NCBI GenBank assembly: GCA_965206355.1
Contig: OZ242212.1
Location: 1,310,814 to 1,374,813, forward strand
From: Candidatus Spongiihabitans sp.
Lineage (GTDB): Bacteria > Pseudomonadota > Gammaproteobacteria > Arenicellales > Poriferihabitantaceae
Direction of reading: 5' to 3'
DNA: 64,000 nucleotides
The notes below the pieces were generated by a model. That model was not told where the DNA came from and ran no database searches. It worked only from the letters and a program-made list of their open reading frames with translations. Below, in pieces: positions 56,991-64,000 of the stretch. The position numbers were made by a program, and so were the translations under genes. Numbering within the stretch: position 1 is the first letter of the stretch; each line of letters begins with the position of its first letter.

Positions 56991-57377
56991 TTAGCTACTG
57001 CCGGCAGTTCCCGCACTGCCCACGCTACCCACACAGCCACCGGATGAAGCGGTTGATGTGAATGTGCCAAGTGTTGACGCGGAGCCAGCGGTGCCGACGG
57101 TCCCCGCGGAGCCGGTTTTTCCGGCGGCTTGAATCTGGTTCAAATCACTCGCGGAGAGCTGGTGATCTGCCGGAAGATGCGGCGGCATTTGCACGTAGGT
57201 TGTATCTTGGGTTGAGGTTATCACTCTGATCTCCGGCGCATCGCCTCCCCCGAAGAGGTTGTCATAACCGATCTGCGCCAACGCATTCGTATCATGCTCT
57301 CGTAACTGTTGGCGAAACTCAGGATCGTGCATCAATTGCAGTCCGGCATCGGGACTCATATCAGTTTTCGTATTCAT
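56991..57377 (-). CDS. RiPP precursor peptide A (NHLP-type leader; 42-aa G/S/T/A-rich core)
   Basis: Leader ...DPEFRQQLREH...EIRVITSTQDTTYVQMPP...LNQIQAAG. Core KTGSAGTVGTAGSASTLGTFTSTASSGGCVGSVGSAGTAGSS. An SD-like GAGG lies upstream of the ATG. Confidence 0.8.
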   Translation of the reverse strand: MNTKTDMSPDAGLQLMHDPEFRQQLREHDTNALAQIGYDNLFGGGDAPEIRVITSTQDTTYVQMPPHLPADHQLSASDLNQIQAAGKTGSAGTVGTAGSASTLGTFTSTASSGGCVGSVGSAGTAGSS

Positions 57378-57430
57378 TGTCAGACCTCGTTTGATTGGTT
57401 TGGATTAACTCTGGAACGTTCTTGAACAAG

Positions 57431-57781
57431 TTACGCCGAGCCGGCGGTGCCGGCGGTGCTTGCGGAACCCGCGCTACCCACGGTTGAAGTGAGGGTGCTG
57501 ATACTGCTTGCTGTCGTCGCAGTACCAACGCTACCGTTGGTGTTGCCCGCCGCTTGAATGGAAAGTAATTCCTCGGAGCTGATCGTGGAAAGGTGCTCAA
57601 CCTGTGCAAGCGGGACATACATCGTGTCGGGACCATTGATCACCAGTTTGACTTCAATCTCCGAATCCGCGGCAATAATCTCGTTGTCAATGGCATACTG
57701 TCTGGGATCGTTGCGAATGTCTCGACGCGTATCCGGATCAAGCATGGATTGTGTTAATGAAGAATCTGTTAAAGTATTCAT
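57431..57781 (-). CDS. RiPP precursor peptide B (NHLP-type leader; 37-aa core without Cys)
   Basis: Leader ...EIEVKLVINGPDTMYVPL...LLSIQAAG. Core NTNGSVGTATTASSISTLTSTVGSAGSASTAGTAGSA. AGGAG lies 6 nt upstream of the ATG. Confidence 0.8.
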   Translation of the reverse strand: MNTLTDSSLTQSMLDPDTRRDIRNDPRQYAIDNEIIAADSEIEVKLVINGPDTMYVPLAQVEHLSTISSEELLSIQAAGNTNGSVGTATTASSISTLTSTVGSAGSASTAGTAGSA

Positions 57782-57809
57782 GACTATCTCCTATCAGGGT
57801 TAAAGTTGA

Positions 57810-58175
57810 CTAGGCGGAACCAGCAGTGCTTGCGGAACCAGCGGAACCACCTGTTGACAATGTGGTATTGGCTGTACCCACCGTGCTGGCGCTGCCAGCG
57901 CACGCTATGGTACTGGCCCCGCTACCCGCCGCTTGTATCTGGGCCAGATGATTTTCATCCAACGCATGCGCGTTGCTGATTTCCGGAAAAACAATATACA
58001 TCGTGTCAGCGGTGTTGGTTACCACCTTGAATTCCTCATTGCCACTTAACTCGGACAACGGGTGGCCTTGGGATTGCATCTCGGCATAAGCCGCTTTGGG
58101 GTCGTCAAGATACTTCTGCCGCACAACCGGGTCGGCCATCATTGAAATAGTGTCTTGGATTTGTTGCTTATTCAT
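57810..58175 (-). CDS. RiPP precursor peptide C (NHLP-type leader; 37-aa core)
   Basis: Leader ...DPVVRQKYLDDP...EFKVVTNTADTMYIVFP...LAQIQAAG. Core SGASTIACAGSASTVGTANTTLSTGGSAGSASTAGSA. GAGG lies upstream of the ATG. Confidence 0.8.
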   Translation of the reverse strand: MNKQQIQDTISMMADPVVRQKYLDDPKAAYAEMQSQGHPLSELSGNEEFKVVTNTADTMYIVFPEISNAHALDENHLAQIQAAGSGASTIACAGSASTVGTANTTLSTGGSAGSASTAGSA

Positions 58176-58464
58176 AGTCGGTTACCTCATTCATGTCGTG
58201 TGGTTGGGGGTTGCTCATGTTGCACACGGGAACTTAAAGCATGGCGGTTTTGCCTGCAACCTCTTTTTTCCACTTAACAGCAAGTGGTTGTATACACTTT
58301 CGCGGTCTTCGGCAAAAATCTCCAGGGGCGTGCTTACTGGGTGTGGGCCTGACATGGATGCCCGACCAAGGCATTCAAGGCGGTGATTTTGCGGCGGCGC
58401 GCCGCTTCTATAAACCGCGACGGGGACCTGCCCCGGCGATAAAGCCGGGCAACCCGTGCGGGGT

Positions 58465-61400
58465 TCACTCCACCTGCATTTGTCTAATGGCTAATTCGTA
58501 AAACAATCCTCGTTTCGCCAGCAACTCTTCATAACTGCCTTGCTCGACAATTTCTCCCTGGTCCATAACATATATCCGGTCGGCATTGCTGATGGTGGTC
58601 AAGCGATGGGCGATGACTATGCGGGTGATGTTCATTTGTAGCAGGCTGTCCTGCACAACCTTTTGGGTGATGTTGTCGAGTGCGCTGGTTGCTTCGTCCA
58701 GCAACAAAATGGCGGGGTGGTGCGAAATGGCGCGAGCGATCATCACGCGCTGCAATTGCCCGCCCGACAGGCCGCCACCGCCAAACGACGACAGCAGGGT
58801 ATGCATGCCCATGGGCAAATCCTTGATATCCTTTTCCATGCCTGCTTTTTCGGCGGCTTCCCAGGCCGCTTCCAGGGTAACGTTGGTGTCTTCGCAGGCG
58901 ATATTTTCATAAATGCTACCCGGCAAAAGATCGCCGTTTTGCAAAACGACGCCAATCCGTCTTCGCAAATCGGAGAGGTCAATGTCATTCACATTCGTAT
59001 CATCGACAAAAACCGCCCCCTTGTGCGGTTGCTCGAACCCCAGCAACAGGTTGAACAAAGTGGACTTGCCCGATCCGGAACGCCCGACGATAGCGGCATA
59101 TTCACCTTCCTTGATTTCCAGGGTTATATTTTTGAGAATGGGAATCCCCGGCTGGTACTGAAAGTCGACCGAATTGAAACGAACATCGCCGCGCAAAGAC
59201 GGCAGCTGGGGCTTTTGTACGCCCACTTCCACGGGTTCCTGGAGTATGGGATCCATGCGCTTAACCATGGGAATGGTGCTCATCACTGACAGCAACACCA
59301 GCGCCAGTGAGATCATGGTGCTGGATAATTGCCCAAAAGCCGTATTGAACAAGATGAAGTCGCCCAGGCTGAAGTCTGTTTGATAACCCGCTTCCAGCAA
59401 ACCGAAATAGATAAAACCGAAGATAATAATACTGCCGATAAGCGGAATAATGCTTGCCGCCACCTGCAATACATTGTTCGAAAGCATATATTGTCGGTTT
59501 TCCACGACCACCCTGTTATGTACGTTTGACCACAACGCCAACGCGGTATTTTCCTTGGCCGCCACTCTTAGTTTGGAAATGCCATTCAGTAGTTGAAATA
59601 TCAGTCCGTCAACCTTGCCTTTATATTCAAATATATTGGCAAGAATTGGCAATACTCTGCGGCATATTATCCAGGTCAGAATGAAGAACAGCGAGAATGC
59701 CGCCATGATAATGAAGGCCAGCCGCCAACTGTAATAAAACAGCAGGGACAGATTGAACAGCACCGAGATCGAAGAACTAATGACGTTGGCGGTGGATGAT
59801 GTCCAGACTGCCTGTATATCGTCAAAGATATTCGCCCTGCTGGACAGATCTCCCACAGCGTGGCGATTAAAAAAGGTCATAGGCAACCGCAGCAAACGAC
59901 TCCAGATGGCAGCATGTATATCCAGCGAGAGAAAATATTCGATGCGCAGCACGGCTATGCTATTGAAAAAATTAGCAACCAGCATTCCAATAATTGCCGC
60001 AAACAGCGCCAATAAATAACTGTTCAGAAGCGCAAAATTAAAACTTGGCAGCGCACTTGAAAGTAACTTTCCGAGAATAATGGGGTGAACCAGAGTGATT
60101 GCCCCCAGAATGACAGCAGTCAGCAAAATACGTTTAACATCGATATGGGCAAGCTGAAGTGCTTGCAATAAAAACCCTTTAATGCTGGTAACGCTCTCAC
60201 TCAGTCGTCGGTATATTAACAACGCTTCAGGAGTAATTTTTTCTGCAATCGAATCCGAAAGATATTTCCATTCATCGGTTTTCGGATCATAATATTTATA
60301 TCGTGTTACTTCATAGTAAAGCAACACTGGAAATGTATGGCCTTCCAGAAATGCTACCAGCGTCCAATCATCTTTTTTATACCATTTTCCAGTGAGCGTT
60401 ACTTTGCGCTTATCGAATCCTCCCAATGCGAGCAGATGCTCCAACCCTCCAAATGTGGTGGGATCGGCGGCTTCTAAAATTTCAGTGGCAATCGATTTGA
60501 CTTCGCTTTTGCTGATTTTGCACAACTCCAGCAACAAATTGCTGTTGGCTGAAGTGCGATCTATCACCGTGGTGTATGGAACAATATCTTCTTTTCCGTG
60601 AAAAGCGTTCACGAAATTGAAATTCATGGTCTGCATATTTTGTTGTTCGATTTCCTTGGAGCGAACTATATCGTTCTGCTGTTGCCGCTCGAATCCCAAT
60701 GCCTGCAGATACAGCAAGACGCTGATCAGGTGGTGAAAATCATCAACCGTTTTATTGCCGAGACCTTGTTGGAGCAGTTGCCGGGTGGTGAAGATATCGA
60801 CAACAACGTTTTCGGAAACAACCACCGTATCCCGACTAAACAGCGGAAATTGGAATTGATTGATTCGGCTACTGGCGCGAATTTCCAGCCCTCTATAATT
60901 AGCCAGAATGGTTGAAGCGGCATCGCTGATTTCTTCCGAGCGGGCGAATTGCAGCCATAGGATTTCGTCTTTAGCGCCGCTTTGCGCGCAGATATTTTCT
61001 TCGATGATTTGTTGTTGGTCAGTGCCGGAAAACCGCAACAACCGAAAAGCGGGCAAGTCAGTGTTGTTTGGTAGCGCACTGGTGATTTTCTCCACCCAGT
61101 TAGCCACGCCGAATAGAGCATGATCGGTCAGTTTATCGTGATGTAACAACGCATGCCGATCCACCACTGACAGTTTATCGTTCTCGCCCACTATCATGAA
61201 AAAACCGAGATAGAGATGTTGCGATTTTTCACGCTCCAGAATTTCAGGTTTTATGGGCAGGCCATCAAGGGAGGAAGGGGGGGAGCCAGGGAAAATATAC
61301 TCACCCGCCCCAAATGCGTGTATTTTTTTTCTGTTGTATAAGGGCACGCCGTCGCAAGTTCGCGCGACATAGACGGAGACTTCGCCTTCTTCAACTCGAT

Positions 61401-61506
61401 AGCAGTGACTGGGATTATCCAATGGAACGATTCGATTGGAGTTTTCCAACGGTCGAATATTAAGCAACTCCGAATGTTGCTGGGTAAATTGTGGGAGATC
61501 AGGCAT
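58465..61506 (-). CDS. bacteriocin/NHLP-type export ABC transporter permease/ATPase with a long N-terminal extension (cNMP-binding-like plus non-catalytic peptidase-like region)
   Basis: 1013 aa. N-terminal beta-barrel-like YRVEEGEVSVYVA...FGAGEYIFPG, a six-TM ABC exporter domain, and an NBD with [28 protein letters not shown]. Confidence 0.85.
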   Translation of the reverse strand: MPDLPQFTQQHSELLNIRPLENSNRIVPLDNPSHCYRVEEGEVSVYVARTCDGVPLYNRKKIHAFGAGEYIFPGSPPSSLDGLPIKPEILEREKSQHLYLGFFMIVGENDKLSVVDRHALLHHDKLTDHALFGVANWVEKITSALPNNTDLPAFRLLRFSGTDQQQIIEENICAQSGAKDEILWLQFARSEEISDAASTILANYRGLEIRASSRINQFQFPLFSRDTVVVSENVVVDIFTTRQLLQQGLGNKTVDDFHHLISVLLYLQALGFERQQQNDIVRSKEIEQQNMQTMNFNFVNAFHGKEDIVPYTTVIDRTSANSNLLLELCKISKSEVKSIATEILEAADPTTFGGLEHLLALGGFDKRKVTLTGKWYKKDDWTLVAFLEGHTFPVLLYYEVTRYKYYDPKTDEWKYLSDSIAEKITPEALLIYRRLSESVTSIKGFLLQALQLAHIDVKRILLTAVILGAITLVHPIILGKLLSSALPSFNFALLNSYLLALFAAIIGMLVANFFNSIAVLRIEYFLSLDIHAAIWSRLLRLPMTFFNRHAVGDLSSRANIFDDIQAVWTSSTANVISSSISVLFNLSLLFYYSWRLAFIIMAAFSLFFILTWIICRRVLPILANIFEYKGKVDGLIFQLLNGISKLRVAAKENTALALWSNVHNRVVVENRQYMLSNNVLQVAASIIPLIGSIIIFGFIYFGLLEAGYQTDFSLGDFILFNTAFGQLSSTMISLALVLLSVMSTIPMVKRMDPILQEPVEVGVQKPQLPSLRGDVRFNSVDFQYQPGIPILKNITLEIKEGEYAAIVGRSGSGKSTLFNLLLGFEQPHKGAVFVDDTNVNDIDLSDLRRRIGVVLQNGDLLPGSIYENIACEDTNVTLEAAWEAAEKAGMEKDIKDLPMGMHTLLSSFGGGGLSGGQLQRVMIARAISHHPAILLLDEATSALDNITQKVVQDSLLQMNITRIVIAHRLTTISNADRIYVMDQGEIVEQGSYEELLAKRGLFYELAIRQMQVE

Positions 61507-63692
61507 TATTGGTGTGCAATTAATTTAGCGTAAACGCCGTCTTTATCCGCAGCAAGTCTCATATGGTCGCCACGCTGAACAATTCGACCTTTGTCGAGCA
61601 CCAGAATTTGATCAGCATCGCGAATAGTGCTGAGACGATGCGCTACAATCACCAGGCTGCAACAACGGCGCTTGATACCATCCATCACCTTTTTTTCGAC
61701 AATCGTATCGAGCGCCGATGTCGCTTCGTCCAGGATAATCAGGCTGGGATTGGTAACCAGCGCGCGGGCGATTTCAAGGCATTGGCGTTGCCCGCCACTG
61801 AAATTTCTACCACCCTCTAGAATTTGATGGCTATAGTTGCCGGGCAGTTTATTGATGGTTTCCAGCAAACCGACATCCTCCAGCGCTTCGCCAATTCTAA
61901 TGTCCATAATGGTTTTGTCCCACAGCGTCAGGTTGTCTCGCACCGACCCTTCGAACAATATAATTTCTTGACTTACCATGGACACGGAACGACCGAAAGT
62001 AAAAGTGTCAATAGCGTCCAGATGCTGTTCGTCATACAGAATTTCTCCTTGCGATGGTTCATAAAGCCGCGATAATAATTTGAGCAATGTTGATTTACCG
62101 CTGCCCGAAGAACCGACTATGGCGATTGAATTACCTGGTTCAACGGTGAAATCAATGTCTTTCAATGCGGGCGCACCGTTCTTTGTATAGCTGAATGCAA
62201 GGTTTGACACTCCCAACTTGCCATAGAGTCTTGGCGGCCCGGCCAGTTTCGCGGGCTGGGCACGCTTTTCGGGCTGATAGCTCAGCACATCGTCCAAACG
62301 GTCCAGATCGCCTTTTAGTTGTTGTAGTTCGGCACCAAAACTGACCAAGCTGGAAATGGGCCGCATAAATTGTTGCGCTAATCCTTGAAACGCAATCAGA
62401 CCGCCTACTGTCATCACGCCATCTATAATCAGGCGACTACCCACCAGAATAATGATACATACAGCGAGACCGGTCAGAAAATTTGGGGTCAGCACTAGGA
62501 TGCAGGAATAAATATTGAGGGTTTTCTTGGCCCTGACCATGCGCGCCTGAATGCCCGTCCAGCGTCTGAAAAATACGCTTTCGATACCATTGGCTTTCAA
62601 CGTTCCGATCGCGTTAAGGCCACTCATTGACACCCCGAGAAGGTTGCTTTTTTCTTTGAGAAAAACCTTATTGACGGTGCTCCGTTTTTCATTAAGAATA
62701 GCCAGAACAAGAAAATTCAGCGACACCATAACAATAGCGACCAACCCCAATATATTGTTATAAAGGATGAGAATTGCGCCGTAAATAACCGAAGTCATCA
62801 CATTGATTACATTGATGGCCACATTGTTTGCAAGCGTTTGAGCAACCCGGTCATTGGATGCCACGCGATCGGCTATGTCGCCGATATACCGCTGAGCAAA
62901 GAACAACAAAGGCAACTCAAAGATATGCTTCATGAATTTTGCTGCGGACGTTATTCCCATTTTCAGATTCAGCAGCGTTAACATTCGATACTGAATGCTG
63001 AGCATCACGGTTTGCGCTATAAAAGTGATGACCATAGCCAAAACCAGCGGGCGCATTAGCGAATCCAGCCCGCGAATCAACACGTCATCAATAAAAATTT
63101 TACTGAACACCGGAACCACCAGTCCGATGATGGACAGCATCAGCGTGACCAGCGTCAAGTAGAGCAGGTTTTTTGTTTCGCCGGACAGACGCCTGGCCAG
63201 ACTGCTATGAATTTTTTGCGGAGAACCGACCGGCCTGAAATCTTTTGTTTTGGTGAAATTGATAGCGACGCCAGTGAAATTATCGTCAAACTCTTGACGG
63301 GTGACCGTCTTGCGGCCTTCGCCCGGATCATTGAGATAGTATATCCCTTTTTTGGTATCCAATCCTTCCAGCACTAAGAAGTGATTGAATTTCCAAAAAA
63401 TAATCGCCGGAAAAACGACTCGATCAACCAGATTATCCAAATCCGCTCGCACCCCCTGGGCAACGAGATTAAAACTCTTGGCAACCTTCACCAACGCCAA
63501 GGCATTGCTACCGTCACGCGATACGTCACAGGATTTTCTGAGCTGCTCCAGACTTTGATGCACACCGTGGTAAGCCAATATAGCACCCAAAGACGCCGCG
63601 CCGCACTCAGTCGCCTCCATCTGCATGAAGACCGGTGTTTTGCGGCGAATGACTTTGCTTTTTTTGGTGCGCTTAAGCAACGAAGCAAACAT
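61506..63692 (-). CDS. bacteriocin export ABC transporter with an N-terminal C39 peptidase domain
   Basis: Catalytic Cys context QMEATECGAASLGAILAYHG, a C39 His region (HFLVLEG), TMD, and an NBD with [27 protein letters not shown]. Its stop overlaps the next ABC gene start (TAATG). Confidence 0.9.
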   Translation of the reverse strand: MFASLLKRTKKSKVIRRKTPVFMQMEATECGAASLGAILAYHGVHQSLEQLRKSCDVSRDGSNALALVKVAKSFNLVAQGVRADLDNLVDRVVFPAIIFWKFNHFLVLEGLDTKKGIYYLNDPGEGRKTVTRQEFDDNFTGVAINFTKTKDFRPVGSPQKIHSSLARRLSGETKNLLYLTLVTLMLSIIGLVVPVFSKIFIDDVLIRGLDSLMRPLVLAMVITFIAQTVMLSIQYRMLTLLNLKMGITSAAKFMKHIFELPLLFFAQRYIGDIADRVASNDRVAQTLANNVAINVINVMTSVIYGAILILYNNILGLVAIVMVSLNFLVLAILNEKRSTVNKVFLKEKSNLLGVSMSGLNAIGTLKANGIESVFFRRWTGIQARMVRAKKTLNIYSCILVLTPNFLTGLAVCIIILVGSRLIIDGVMTVGGLIAFQGLAQQFMRPISSLVSFGAELQQLKGDLDRLDDVLSYQPEKRAQPAKLAGPPRLYGKLGVSNLAFSYTKNGAPALKDIDFTVEPGNSIAIVGSSGSGKSTLLKLLSRLYEPSQGEILYDEQHLDAIDTFTFGRSVSMVSQEIILFEGSVRDNLTLWDKTIMDIRIGEALEDVGLLETINKLPGNYSHQILEGGRNFSGGQRQCLEIARALVTNPSLIILDEATSALDTIVEKKVMDGIKRRCCSLVIVAHRLSTIRDADQILVLDKGRIVQRGDHMRLAADKDGVYAKLIAHQ

Positions 63693-63726
63693 ATACTTGA
63701 TGAGTATTTATCAATGCCATTCCTGA

Positions 63727-64000
63727 TTAAGCAAAAAAGGAACGCAATAAAGGAATCAACATGGTGATGGGTTTGCGTTTTTCTAAAATAAACTCGACCG
63801 TCCCCAGGCTACCTATATTAATGGAATTTTCCTCAGCTCCGCGCGGCGATGTCCACGACAAACCGTTTTTGGAAGCGGGGTCACTTTTCAGTTCAATTCT
63901 GACTTCATACAGCGCGCCTGCCCGGGTAAATTGATCCACCAGCGCCTGGTTGGCCAATTTTGATGCAATGCCGGCAGCGGTAATCGGCAGTTCTGAAACG
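63727..64000 (-). CDS. HlyD-family membrane-fusion/secretion protein, C-terminal end only (5' part outside the window)
   Basis: The frame stays open to the window edge (...VSELPITAAGIASKLANQALVDQFTRAGALYEVRIEL...GTVEFILEKRKPITMLIP). The position upstream of the two ABC genes fits the exporter set. The fragment is too short for strong motif evidence. Confidence 0.55.
   Translation of the reverse strand, partial: VSELPITAAGIASKLANQALVDQFTRAGALYEVRIELKSDPASKNGLSWTSPRGAEENSINIGSLGTVEFILEKRKPITMLIPLLRSFFA

Noticed and set aside
57361-57803. ORFs 57361-57636 (-) and 57558-57803 (+) overlapping the precursor genes
   Set aside because: They are out of frame or antisense to precursors A/B, have no SD, and have Arg/Pro-rich low-complexity translations produced by the GC-rich core-coding repeats.
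58241-58265. Sigma-54-like TGGC...TTGC element (catggcggttttgcctgc) upstream of the precursors
   Set aside because: The GG-to-GC spacing is about 9 nt instead of the required 10-11 nt register, and the motif is on the plus strand, opposite to the precursor genes.

Overview
All calls come from reading the sequence and the ORF translations; no searches were run. This is a 64-kb stretch of a gammaproteobacterial-type chromosome (relA, a divergent uvrA/ssb pair, pdxH, rarA) in three parts.

(1) 1-26.3 kb is mostly core and metabolic genes. It holds a serine-cycle module (malyl-CoA lyase plus malate thiokinase mtkAB), which hints at a methylotrophic or C1/C2-assimilating host. It also holds a divergent stand-alone HisA-like gene, a GlxA-MttB-RidA-TAXI/TRAP module, and two unexplained tandem-repeat arrays (44-bp and about 80-bp units).

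(2) 26.6-45.3 kb is a mosaic accessory zone. It contains three ~96-97% identical copies of a 139-bp MITE with 4-5-bp target duplications, and a 666-bp internally deleted IS bounded by 20-bp inverted repeats. An intact IS481-family element and a 236-bp fragment of a second copy bracket a ~12-kb GC-rich island for hydroxyproline/proline-derivative catabolism with its own ABC importer. Several genes here are decayed: a 3'-truncated cbbQ-like gene, qor, a tctC-like gene, a transposase and an FAD-oxidoreductase stub.

(3) 45.4-64 kb, running off the window, is my candidate for the novel system: a RiPP biosynthetic cluster. It has three tandem precursors with nitrile-hydratase-like leaders ending in IQAAG and Gly/Ser/Thr/Ala-rich cores that almost lack Cys. 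It also has two tandem PatD-like fused E1/YcaO heterocyclases, a SagB/ThcOx-type dehydrogenase, and a LanM-like enzyme whose LanC-like domain seems to lack the zinc ligands. An extra nitroreductase, a membrane-anchored SBP-like protein and the NHLP-type export set (C39-peptidase ABC, second ABC, HlyD) complete it.

No rRNA, tRNA or CRISPR array was seen.
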